This document shows, one piece after another, positions 1-11,505 of a stretch of 64,000 bases of DNA. The position numbers and the translations under genes were made by a program. Under the pieces are notes generated by a model, which was not told the DNA's origin, ran no database searches, and worked only from the letters and a program-made list of their open reading frames with translations. Within the stretch, counting starts at the first letter, position 1. Every line of letters starts with the position of its first letter. Origin of the DNA: Alphaproteobacteria bacterium (GTDB taxonomy: Bacteria > Pseudomonadota > Alphaproteobacteria > Rs-D84 > CACZYB01). The stretch is from contig JAEDDP010000004.1 in assembly GCA_016297965.1 (NCBI GenBank), forward strand, positions 15,661-79,660, given 5' to 3'.

Positions 1-50
1 AAGGACCGCCAAAAGACAGTCCCTTATTTATTTGAAATGAAAGTTTTACT

Positions 51-2007
<1,957 letters not shown>

Positions 2008-2038
2008 AATAACCTCCATCTTTTTTATTACAGACTTT

Positions 2039-2067
2039 TATATAATAATCACTATTCCGTTTTTCAA
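2039..2067 (-). promoter_or_regulatory. sigma70-like promoter for groES-groEL
   Basis: On the minus strand: TTGAAA (2067..2062), a 17-nt spacer, then TATATA (2044..2039). Confidence 0.45.
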
Positions 2068-2071
2068 TAGT

Positions 2072-2100
2072 ATACAGGATATTTTTTTGAAATAATTAAG
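2072..2100 (-). promoter_or_regulatory. Possible sigma32 (RpoH)-type heat-shock promoter upstream of groES
   Basis: On the minus strand: CTTAAT (2100..2095), a 16-nt spacer, then CCTGTAT (2078..2072). This resembles the CTTGAA-N16/17-CC(C/T)ATNT pattern. No CIRCE inverted repeat was seen. Confidence 0.3.
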
Positions 2101-2104
2101 AAAT

Positions 2105-2206
2105 AAAAAATCACTTTAAAGGTCATCACCCTTCCAAAGTGTCATTAAGTTATCTATCATCAATGTATATAAATATAATATCACGATTCGTGAAATAATG
2201 CAAGGG
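2105..2206 (-). repeat. Copy 1 of a ~102-nt intergenic element (candidate sRNA unit)
   Basis: On the minus strand: TTGCAT (2203..2198), a 17-nt spacer containing TCACGA-A-TCGTGA, then TATTAT (2180..2175). The hairpin CACTTT..AAAGTG spans 2141..2112 and is followed by T6. It differs at 3 positions from the copy at 49224. Confidence 0.85.
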
Positions 2207-2271
2207 AGAATATAATCTTTTTTTTATTTTTCCACCAATCAAATTTGTTATATTAAGCTATTTCCTACGGA

Positions 2272-2457
2272 TTATCTGTATTTACAACTTTTCAAAAGTT
2301 CCAATGTATAGAAGTAATCGTTAAGGAATATCATTTTTCCAAGTTGTGCATTTATAACGAAACCGTATGTGTCTTCCTGCGCATTTTCCAATACGAAATT
2401 AAGTATTTCTAAATCTTCATCTTTTTGTGAATTGTAAACCTTTTGAACTTTTTTCAT
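2272..2457 (-). CDS. Hypothetical small protein (61 aa)
   Basis: ORF only; no recognisable motif. Confidence 0.35.
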   Translation of the reverse strand: MKKVQKVYNSQKDEDLEILNFVLENAQEDTYGFVINAQLGKMIFLNDYFYTLELLKSCKYR

Positions 2458-2574
2458 TTTTTACTCCTGTTTATAAATTTTATTAAATTCTAGTAAAAAG
2501 TTTATACAAAATCAATAAAAAGTACAAAAGGAACTTTCATTAAAGAAGGTCCTTTTATTTTAAGGGGTAAAAAT

Positions 2575-3486
2575 CTATCTTTCCATTTGCTTTTTTAATG
2601 CCAAAGACTGGGCGAGTTTACGATTTTTTGTAAGGGTTGCACTTTCAATAAAACCGTTAAACAAATTTTTGCTTGGAACATTATCCATCGTCGCCCAACG
2701 TTCCGGATGCCATTGAACCCCGATAACAAAATCGTTCCACGGAGATATTGGTTCAATCGCTTCCACTGTACCATCCGGTGCAGTTGCAACTGCCTTTGTT
2801 TGTCCCAAATTATCCTTGTCTATGGCTTCGTGGTGAACGGATGTTACCATAAAATCATTTTGCTTTACCACATCAAAAAGTTTGCTGTTTTCATCTATAC
2901 TTACAGTGTGGATAAGCTTTGCCCCACCCGGCCTGTGGTCTATTTGAATATTATTCTTGTCTTTGTTTATGTTGGTTCTGATTTTTGCCCCAAGATATCC
3001 GGCAAGCGCCTGCTCTCCGCCACAAATCCCAAGTACTGGAAGTTTATTTTTGTCGGCATACGAAAGCATTGATTGATAAGCATCATTTCGTTTGAAATTT
3101 GAAACTTCCTTATCCAAATTTACATACCAATCGGCCGGAAAATCAAAATCACCACCAATAAGTAATATTGCATCTGGATTAAAGTGTTCCAATTGTTCCT
3201 GAATTTTATCAAATGCAATAAACACAGGATATCCGCCGGCATTTTTTACCGCATCAACATAAAATGGGGTTATAAAATAATCCTTTTCCGCACGGTTTGG
3301 ATTTTTCCATTGAGCAAGGATTGTCGCAACAACCGGTCTGTTTTCCACATTTTTTTCGGCCAAGGTTATTTCCGGAATGTCCCCAGAATTAAGGACATCC
3401 GTAACCTTTTGCGCCTCCAAAGAGTAAGATTCATAATCATGACCTTCGTATTGAACCCTATCCATAATAATATTTTTATATTTCAT
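2575..3486 (-). CDS. Class I glutamine amidotransferase / peptidase C26 family (gamma-glutamyl-GABA hydrolase-like)
   Basis: GICGGEQ nucleophile-Cys motif and HHEAI...VQWHPE (His/Glu of the triad). The SD GGAGGA precedes the ATG. Confidence 0.8.
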   Translation of the reverse strand: MKYKNIIMDRVQYEGHDYESYSLEAQKVTDVLNSGDIPEITLAEKNVENRPVVATILAQWKNPNRAEKDYFITPFYVDAVKNAGGYPVFIAFDKIQEQLEHFNPDAILLIGGDFDFPADWYVNLDKEVSNFKRNDAYQSMLSYADKNKLPVLGICGGEQALAGYLGAKIRTNINKDKNNIQIDHRPGGAKLIHTVSIDENSKLFDVVKQNDFMVTSVHHEAIDKDNLGQTKAVATAPDGTVEAIEPISPWNDFVIGVQWHPERWATMDNVPSKNLFNGFIESATLTKNRKLAQSLALKKQMER

Positions 3487-3510
3487 AGCTTTCCTCCTTC
3501 TTCTTTTTAA

Positions 3511-3897
3511 TTATCTTTCTGGATTTTTTGCATATCCATATTCTGCAACTATTTTATCGTTTTTGTTGCGGGTATTTTTCAAAAGCATATTTGCAAAAAT
3601 TATTTTCTTTAATACAGATTCACGGCCCCAAATTTCCTTTGTTCTTGTTTCCGCAGATGGAAGCTTTGAACGGTCAAATCCGTGTAAATCATTATCTTCC
3701 AAATTTAATTTTTGTAATGGTTCGGAAAACAATAGTGATTTTGTGTCAACGTCAACATCACTGTAATTAGTTGTTGTTTTGGTTGCATTAAATCCAATAT
3801 CAAGTGGACTGTGAATGCTTTCTTCCAATTCTTCAAAAATATGACCGTTGAAAATCAATTCTGCGTCATCATCAAAAATATTTATAACTTGTTTCAT
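3511..3897 (-). CDS. Hypothetical protein (128 aa)
   Basis: ORF 33 nt downstream of the 237-aa ORF on the same strand. No motif and no clear SD. Confidence 0.45.
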   Translation of the reverse strand: MKQVINIFDDDAELIFNGHIFEELEESIHSPLDIGFNATKTTTNYSDVDVDTKSLLFSEPLQKLNLEDNDLHGFDRSKLPSAETRTKEIWGRESVLKKIIFANMLLKNTRNKNDKIVAEYGYAKNPER

Positions 3898-3930
3898 TTT
3901 TTATTTTTTTCGTTTATTTTTAATATTAAG

Positions 3931-4644
3931 TTATCTTTCTTTTGAGTACAAACTTTTTGCGATATTTTTTGCAATATCGTATTCAATATCTTTCTTTTTA
4001 CATTCCTTTTTAAGAAATTTTTTAAAGCTCAACATTCCTGGTGGGGCTGGAATATCTTCAACCAAATTCTCGCCAAGGCCTCTTGTTGTGTTATAGTGAA
4101 CATAATTATCGTAATCATCTTTCACTTTATCAACAAACTTTTCTATGGATTTTATACCAGATTTTAATGGAGTTTGTTGCATTGCACGGGCAACTTCATC
4201 CCTTATCATATCTTTTAATTCTTCTTTAAATGAATAATCATCTTCGGGTGACTCATCCCATTCATCTTGACGTTCACTGTATGGGATTTCCTCAAAAGCA
4301 TCAAAAATTTTCTTTGCCTTATCTATGGATTCTTTTTGCCATTTTGTTATATATATTTTTTCTCCATTTTTAAGGGGAATATAAAAAGTATCTGAATCTC
4401 TGTCGTATTCCACAACTGGACTTCCACTTTCTTCCTTTGCGGAGGGACATGGTGAGGTGTAAAAATATGGTGGAGCGCCAAGACCTTCCCTTCCATCATT
4501 GAAACATAATGATGATGGCGCAAATTCCATAGGCTCCATTCTTTTCTGCATTTTACGGCGTATTTTTTCATTTCTTTCCTGAGCCTTTAAAATTTGTCGT
4601 TCTTTTATTGACTCTTCAATGGATTTTTTTATATTCACTTTCAA
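3931..4644 (-). CDS. Hypothetical protein (237 aa, charged/coiled-coil-like)
   Basis: ORF with a GGGAG SD. The start is TTG at 4644 or, with better spacing, GTG at 4638. No recognisable domain. Confidence 0.55.
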   Translation of the reverse strand: MKVNIKKSIEESIKERQILKAQERNEKIRRKMQKRMEPMEFAPSSLCFNDGREGLGAPPYFYTSPCPSAKEESGSPVVEYDRDSDTFYIPLKNGEKIYITKWQKESIDKAKKIFDAFEEIPYSERQDEWDESPEDDYSFKEELKDMIRDEVARAMQQTPLKSGIKSIEKFVDKVKDDYDNYVHYNTTRGLGENLVEDIPAPPGMLSFKKFLKKECKKKDIEYDIAKNIAKSLYSKER

Positions 4645-4690
4645 ACTCCCTTTTGTTCTTGTTTAACAATTCACTTTCGTATCGTTAAAA

Positions 4691-4720
4691 ACTATATTAA
4701 CAAAAAAAAAAAAATGTCAA
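4691..4720 (-). promoter_or_regulatory. Promoter with a T13 homopolymer in the -35/-10 spacer
   Basis: On the minus strand: TTGACA (4720..4715), then T13 (4714..4702), then gt-TAATAT-agt. The spacer is 15 nt to TAATAT (4699..4694) or 18 nt to TATAGT (4696..4691). Confidence 0.5.
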
Positions 4721-4737
4721 TAAAAGATTAAAATTAT

Positions 4738-4769
4738 AAAAAAATTCCCCTGAATTAAATCTAAGGGAA
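4738..4769 (-). terminator. Intrinsic terminator after ssb
   Basis: On the minus strand: TTCCC/GGGAA stem (4769..4745) followed by T7 (4744..4738). Confidence 0.55.
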
Positions 4770-4799
4770 CCTTTAACTTTTTGATTATTCCAACTTTTA

Positions 4800-5252
4800 T
4801 TAAAATGGAATTTCGTCGTCAATATCACCGGAAGGTGTTGCGGAATTATCCCAGCCAGCATCGGATGAAGGCATAGAATCATCGGAACCATCAAATCCAC
4901 CGGATGTTTTATCAAGCATTATCATATATGCATTAAAGCCGGACAAAACAACTTCGGTTGAATATTTATCGGCACCGGATGCATCCTGCCATTTACGAGT
5001 ACGAAGTTGACCTTCCACATAAACCTTTGACCCTTTTTTAAGGTATTTTTCGGCAACATCAGCAAGTCCAGGAGAGAATATAACGACACGATGCCATTCT
5101 GTCCTATCTTTTCTTTCGCCACTTTTATCTTTCCAAGATTCAGATGTTGCAACATTAAAGGTTACGATTTTATTACCGTCCTGTGAATGTCTTACCTCTG
5201 GATCTCCGCCAAGATTTCCCACTAATATAACTTTGTTTATTGATCCTGCCAT
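4800..5252 (-). CDS. ssb: Single-stranded DNA-binding protein
   Basis: [19 protein letters not shown]-fold N-terminus, a Gly/Ser/Asp-rich linker, and the acidic C-terminal tip DDEIPF. Confidence 0.95.
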   Translation of the reverse strand: MAGSINKVILVGNLGGDPEVRHSQDGNKIVTFNVATSESWKDKSGERKDRTEWHRVVIFSPGLADVAEKYLKKGSKVYVEGQLRTRKWQDASGADKYSTEVVLSGFNAYMIMLDKTSGGFDGSDDSMPSSDAGWDNSATPSGDIDDEIPF

Positions 5253-5272
5253 TTTTATTTCTCCTTTTTACA

Positions 5273-5296
5273 GGCCCATACAGGAAAGTATGGGCC
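5273..5296. other. Perfect 9-bp GC-rich hairpin between eno and ssb
   Basis: GGCCCATAC-aggaaa-GTATGGGCC. There is no adjacent U-tract on the minus (transcribed) strand. Confidence 0.6.
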
Positions 5297-5310
5297 CCTT
5301 CATGACTTTT

Positions 5311-6600
<1,290 letters not shown>

Positions 6601-6625
6601 TCATAAAATTATTTGACATAGTGGA

Positions 6626-6654
6626 ATTATAGTACTGTGGTTTTGATTTTGCAA
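6626..6654 (-). promoter_or_regulatory. sigma70-like promoter for eno
   Basis: On the minus strand: TTGCAA (6654..6649), a 17-nt spacer, then TATAAT (6631..6626). Confidence 0.55.
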
Positions 6655-6710
6655 GAGTCTATTTACAAAATAATCCATATTTATTTTATGTAAAGTTTTG
6701 GTAAAAAGAT

Positions 6711-6741
6711 AAAAAAAATAGGGTTGAAAAAATCAACCCTA
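6711..6741 (-). terminator. Intrinsic terminator after the OmpA-family gene
   Basis: 9-bp stem TAGGGTTGA/TCAACCCTA (6719..6741), followed by T8 on the minus strand (6718..6711). Confidence 0.8.
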
Positions 6742-6765
6742 CCCTTTGTTTTTACACAAAATAAA

Positions 6766-7425
6766 TTATTCTGCTTCTGTTGGAACAAGCTTTATTTCAA
6801 CACGACGGTTTTGTGCACGACCAGATGCAGTTTTGTTTGATGCAACTGGATAATCAGGACCATAACCGTTTATTGAGAATCTTTGTGCGCTTACCCCTTG
6901 TGATTGAAGGTATTTCGCAACGGTATTTGCACGATTATATGAAAGTTTCATATTTGTTGCACGTGTACCGGTACTGTCGGTATAACCATTTACGGAAATT
7001 GTTGTCTTGTCATACTTCTTTAATACCTTTGCAACGGAATTTAATACATCAAAGAAATCAGATGTCAACGATGCCTTTCCATATTCAAATGTAATATCCC
7101 CAGGCATATTCAATGTTATATTGTTGCCAACCTTTGTAACACTTACACCAGTATTTGCAAGTTCCTGACGCAAAAGTTTATTTTGGTAATCCATATATGC
7201 ACCAACACCACCACCCAAAGCAGCACCAGCCAAAGCACCGGTCAACATATGTTTACCACGATGTTTTGAACCACTTGTTGCGGCACCAACAATAGCACCA
7301 GCCAAGGCACCAACACCGGCACCAGTTGCGGTTTTACTTGCCCTTTGTTCACCAGTATATGGATCAACAGCACAAGATGTTGCAAACAAAGCAACACAAA
7401 TTGAAGAAATAAGTACTTTTTTCAT
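6766..7425 (-). CDS. OmpA-family lipoprotein (glycine-zipper plus OmpA C-terminal domain)
   Basis: Lipobox LFATSC, glycine zipper GAGVGALAGAIVGAA, and the OmpA-like motif NGYTDSTGTRATNMKLSYNRANTVAKYL...NRRVEI. Confidence 0.88.
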   Translation of the reverse strand: MKKVLISSICVALFATSCAVDPYTGEQRASKTATGAGVGALAGAIVGAATSGSKHRGKHMLTGALAGAALGGGVGAYMDYQNKLLRQELANTGVSVTKVGNNITLNMPGDITFEYGKASLTSDFFDVLNSVAKVLKKYDKTTISVNGYTDSTGTRATNMKLSYNRANTVAKYLQSQGVSAQRFSINGYGPDYPVASNKTASGRAQNRRVEIKLVPTEAE

Positions 7426-7436
7426 TTTACACCTCT

Positions 7437-8141
7437 TTAATAATTAAATTTTGGTGGCTGACCTACACCATTTGAATTTGATTTATAATTCATATTAGAA
7501 GCATCACCAAGCCCCAATGAACCAGGTAAAGCCTTCTTTGCACTTGGAGATACGAACAAAGATGAGTCAGTTACTGACATACTTTGTACATTATCACCAT
7601 CTGTGTTTGAAAGATTTTGTTGTGGTTGCAATGCAACAGGTTGTCTTACTGGTTCCATCAATTTTTGTGTTTGAACAGGAGTCGGAGCAACAACATTTGA
7701 TTGTGGTTTCTTTACAATAACCTTATTATTTCTTGGTGCTGGCGACATTGTAAATGTCACCGATGTACCCTGGAATGGTGAAGGTGAAAGTTGTATCAAA
7801 GCGATACGAGAATCACGTGCATAAGTCAAAACAGAGTTTGGACCTCTTACTGATGTAATTTCACTCCATCCAAATTTTGGCATTTCTTCCATATAGAAAT
7901 CAAACACACCACCAACACTGTATGGTGCTGTAAATACTACCTTTCCAAGCCAGTCATTTTCACGTCCGAAAATCGCAGTTCTGTTAAGATTCATAACTGC
8001 ATTTTCCGGCACTGGGACATCGGAAAATTGTGAAAAAGTATATGGAAGTTCGCCAGCCTCCGACGATACCCCCTGAGTATCCATCGCACAACCGGACAAA
8101 AGAATTGTAAACACAGCAAAAATATTTTTAAATTTAATCAT
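7437..8141 (-). CDS. Hypothetical lipoprotein
   Basis: Signal peptide with lipobox LLSGCA, and GGGGAG as SD. The C-terminal third is low-complexity (Q/P/S/N-rich). Confidence 0.6.
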   Translation of the reverse strand: MIKFKNIFAVFTILLSGCAMDTQGVSSEAGELPYTFSQFSDVPVPENAVMNLNRTAIFGRENDWLGKVVFTAPYSVGGVFDFYMEEMPKFGWSEITSVRGPNSVLTYARDSRIALIQLSPSPFQGTSVTFTMSPAPRNNKVIVKKPQSNVVAPTPVQTQKLMEPVRQPVALQPQQNLSNTDGDNVQSMSVTDSSLFVSPSAKKALPGSLGLGDASNMNYKSNSNGVGQPPKFNY

Positions 8142-8167
8142 TATATGTCTCCCCTATTAAATTATTC

Positions 8168-8686
8168 TTAAATTCTACTTCTTTTTTGATTTTTTTCAAG
8201 TTTTTTGTTGAAACTTCTTAAATTTTTAAAAAAGTCCTTTAACAATTTCGTTGAATCTTCGGACATTATTCCGCCTAAAACGTTCGGTTTATATATATTT
8301 TTTGCATTATTATAAAGGTTAATTCCATTTATAATTGCCCCGCCCTTTTTATCCTCACTCGCGAAATAAACATTTTCAATTTTGGCAAGGGATATAGCCA
8401 TCGCACACATAGGACAAGGTTCAAGTGTTATAAAAATACTGCATCCCATTAAATACTTTTCACCCATTTTTTTTGTCGCCTTTGTTATGGCAAGAATTTC
8501 CGCGTGTGCAGTTGCATTATGCTTATTTTCAACAAGGTTGTGCGCCCGTGATAAAATTGTGCCATCAGGGGCAACAATAACCGCCCCAATGGGAACTTCA
8601 TCCTTTTTAAATGCCTTTTTTGCCTCGGAAATGGCTATTTTCATATAGCCATAAATTTTTTTGTGATTTAAGTCTTTATTTTCCAA
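8168..8686 (-). CDS. tadA: tRNA adenosine(34) deaminase
   Basis: CDA zinc motifs HAEILAI and PCPMCAMAI. TTG start with AGGAGA 7 nt upstream. Confidence 0.9.
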   Translation of the reverse strand: MENKDLNHKKIYGYMKIAISEAKKAFKKDEVPIGAVIVAPDGTILSRAHNLVENKHNATAHAEILAITKATKKMGEKYLMGCSIFITLEPCPMCAMAISLAKIENVYFASEDKKGGAIINGINLYNNAKNIYKPNVLGGIMSEDSTKLLKDFFKNLRSFNKKLEKNQKRSRI

Positions 8687-8822
8687 TTTTTTTCTCCTAT
8701 ATTAAAATGGTACATACAAATTTTTTATTTTTAAAGCTTTTTATTATTAACTTGACCTTGTCGGTTGAATTATAATAAAGTACACTTAATGTAAAATTTT
8801 AAGAGGAAAGGTTTTTACAGTT

Positions 8823-11480
8823 ATGATTGGATACATTACAAAAAAGATTTTCGGCACAGAAAATGAAAGAATACTTAAAAAATATCGTTCAAAGGTTAAG
8901 GAAATAAATGAAAAGGAACCGGAGCTTGTAAAGCTTTCGGATGAAGAACTTCAAGCAAGGACAACCTGGCTTAAAGGACGACTCCAAGCCGGTGAAACAT
9001 TGGATAATATTCTTGTTGATGCATTCGCAACCGTACGTGAAGCGGCAAAACGTGTGATGGGACAAAGACATTATGATGTACAGTTAATTGGTGGTATGAT
9101 ACTTCACGAAGGAAAAATTACCGAAATGAAAACCGGTGAAGGTAAAACTTTGGTTGCAACCCTTCCTGTTTACCTTAATGCCCTTACCGGAAAGGGAGTT
9201 CACGTTATTACAGTTAATGATTATTTGGCAAAACGTGATGCCGAAACAATGGGAAAAATTTATAAATTTCTTGGTCTTACGGTGGGTTGTATTGTTAATG
9301 AATTGGAAGATGATGAACGACGTGAAGCATATAATTGTGATATAACCTATGGTACAAACCACGAATTTGGTTTTGATTATCTCCGTGATAATATGAAATT
9401 CAGAATGGAAACTTTGGTTCAACGTCCATTTAATTATGCAATTGTTGATGAGGTTGATTCTATTTTGATTGATGAGGCAAGAACTCCTCTTATCATTTCC
9501 GGACCAAGTGAAGGAACCTCAGATGCGTACAAACAGGTAAATTCAATTATTCCACTTCTTAAACCGGAACATTACAAGGTTGATGAAAAGGACCGAAATG
9601 CAACACTTACAGAATCTGGTATGCAATTTGTTGAAGATGTCCTTTTTGAAAAGGGAATTACAAAGGTTAAAAATCTTTACGATATTTCAAACGCAACTAT
9701 CGTTCACCATCTTGATAAATGTTTGACTGCACATAAACTTTATAAAAAGGATGTGGACTACCTTGTAAAGGATGACCAAGTTTATATCATTGATGAATTT
9801 ACCGGTCGTATTATGGAAGGTCGTCGTTATTCGGACGGACTTCATCAGGCATTGGAAGCAAAGGAAAATGTTAATGTGCAAAATGAATCCCAAACATTGG
9901 CAAGTATTACATACCAAAATTATTTCCGACTTTATCCAAAACTTGCCGGTATGACGGGAACCGCATTAACCGAAGCACAAGAATTTGATGAAATTTATAA
10001 ATTAAGATGTGTAGAAGTTCCAACAAATCTTCCTGTTCGTCGTGTTGATTACAATGATGAAATTTATCTTACCGAAGAGGAAAAATACGAAGCTATTGTA
10101 AAACTTATAAAGGAATGCCATGCGAAAAAACAACCTGTTTTGGTGGGAACTGTTTCCATTGAAAAATCGGAAAAGCTTAATAACTTCCTTATTTCCGAAG
10201 GTATAAAAGCACAGGTTTTGAATGCAAAGTATCATGAATCCGAAGCATATATTATCGCCCAGGCCGGTGTTCCGGGGGCAATAACTATTGCCACAAATAT
10301 GGCTGGTCGTGGTACTGATATTCAATTGGGTGGTAATTTGGAAATGCGGATTAAACAGGATACCGCTGGTATTGAAGATCCTGAACTTTTGAAAAAGAAA
10401 ATTGATGAAATAAAAGAAGATATAAAGGCGAAAAAAGAAATTGCCCTTGCATCTGGCGGTCTTTATGTTATTGGTACCGAAAGACACGAATCAAGACGTA
10501 TTGATAACCAGCTTCGCGGAAGAACCGGAAGACAGGGAGATCCCGGCGCTTCAAAATTCTTCTTGTCAATGGAAGATGATTTAATGCGTATTTTTGGCGG
10601 TGAAAAGATGAAAACAATGCTTTCCCGACTTGGACTTAAACGTGGTGAAGCAATAGTTCATCCTTGGGTTTCAAGGGCACTTGAAAAGGCACAAACAAAG
10701 GTGGAAGCCCACAACTTTTCAATCCGTAAAAACCTTTTGAAATACGATGATGTGATGAACGAGCAACGAAAGATTGTTTATACTCAACGTCGTGAGGTTA
10801 TGGGACTTGATAATATTTACAACTATATTGAAGATATGCGACTTGACGTAATTGAAGATATGGTTGATAAGGCAATTCCGGAACATTCCATTGTTGACGA
10901 TTGGAACTTTAACGGACTTGAAATTGATTGTTTTGAAACATTGGGGGTAAAAATAGACTTTAAAAACTATATGGAAGAACATCCCGATGCCGAACCACAG
11001 GAAATTTTCAACCTTGTAAAAGAAGCAAGTGATGCAAAAATGAATTTCCAAGAAAAACGATATTCAAGTGATTTTATGAGGTATATTGAAAAGGCAATAT
11101 TCCTTCAAACTTTGGATCAGGTATGGAAGGAACATTTACTTTCCTTGGACTTCCTTAAACAAGGAATTGGTCTTCGTGCATACGGTCAAAAGGACCCATT
11201 GAACGAATATAAAAAGGAAGCATTTATCACATTTGAAGAAAATATGCTTAAAATAAAATATAAAACCATACAATTGTTGGCAAAAACCGATTTCTCACAG
11301 GAAGGTATAGCTGAATTCACCGAGGAAGACGAAACAATTTCCGATGAAATGAAGGAAAACAGACCTGCGGAAGAATTGGTTGAAAAAACAAAACCTGTAA
11401 ATTTGGAAATAAGCCGTAATGATTTGTGTCCTTGTGGCAGTGGTTTGAAATACAAACATTGTTGCGGTAAATTGAAATAG
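8823..11480 (+). CDS. secA: Preprotein translocase ATPase SecA
   Basis: 885 aa with MKTGEGKTL Walker [20 protein letters not shown], and the C-terminal zinc motif [14 protein letters not shown]. Confidence 0.97.
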   Translation: MIGYITKKIFGTENERILKKYRSKVKEINEKEPELVKLSDEELQARTTWLKGRLQAGETLDNILVDAFATVREAAKRVMGQRHYDVQLIGGMILHEGKITEMKTGEGKTLVATLPVYLNALTGKGVHVITVNDYLAKRDAETMGKIYKFLGLTVGCIVNELEDDERREAYNCDITYGTNHEFGFDYLRDNMKFRMETLVQRPFNYAIVDEVDSILIDEARTPLIISGPSEGTSDAYKQVNSIIPLLKPEHYKVDEKDRNATLTESGMQFVEDVLFEKGITKVKNLYDISNATIVHHLDKCLTAHKLYKKDVDYLVKDDQVYIIDEFTGRIMEGRRYSDGLHQALEAKENVNVQNESQTLASITYQNYFRLYPKLAGMTGTALTEAQEFDEIYKLRCVEVPTNLPVRRVDYNDEIYLTEEEKYEAIVKLIKECHAKKQPVLVGTVSIEKSEKLNNFLISEGIKAQVLNAKYHESEAYIIAQAGVPGAITIATNMAGRGTDIQLGGNLEMRIKQDTAGIEDPELLKKKIDEIKEDIKAKKEIALASGGLYVIGTERHESRRIDNQLRGRTGRQGDPGASKFFLSMEDDLMRIFGGEKMKTMLSRLGLKRGEAIVHPWVSRALEKAQTKVEAHNFSIRKNLLKYDDVMNEQRKIVYTQRREVMGLDNIYNYIEDMRLDVIEDMVDKAIPEHSIVDDWNFNGLEIDCFETLGVKIDFKNYMEEHPDAEPQEIFNLVKEASDAKMNFQEKRYSSDFMRYIEKAIFLQTLDQVWKEHLLSLDFLKQGIGLRAYGQKDPLNEYKKEAFITFEENMLKIKYKTIQLLAKTDFSQEGIAEFTEEDETISDEMKENRPAEELVEKTKPVNLEISRNDLCPCGSGLKYKHCCGKLK

Positions 11481-11505
11481 TTGCATAAAGTAAAGGTAAA
11501 GTATA

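Noticed and set aside
2020-2104. A CIRCE (HrcA operator) element upstream of groES.
   Set aside because: No TTAGCACTC-N9-GAGTGCTAA-like inverted repeat is present on either strand.
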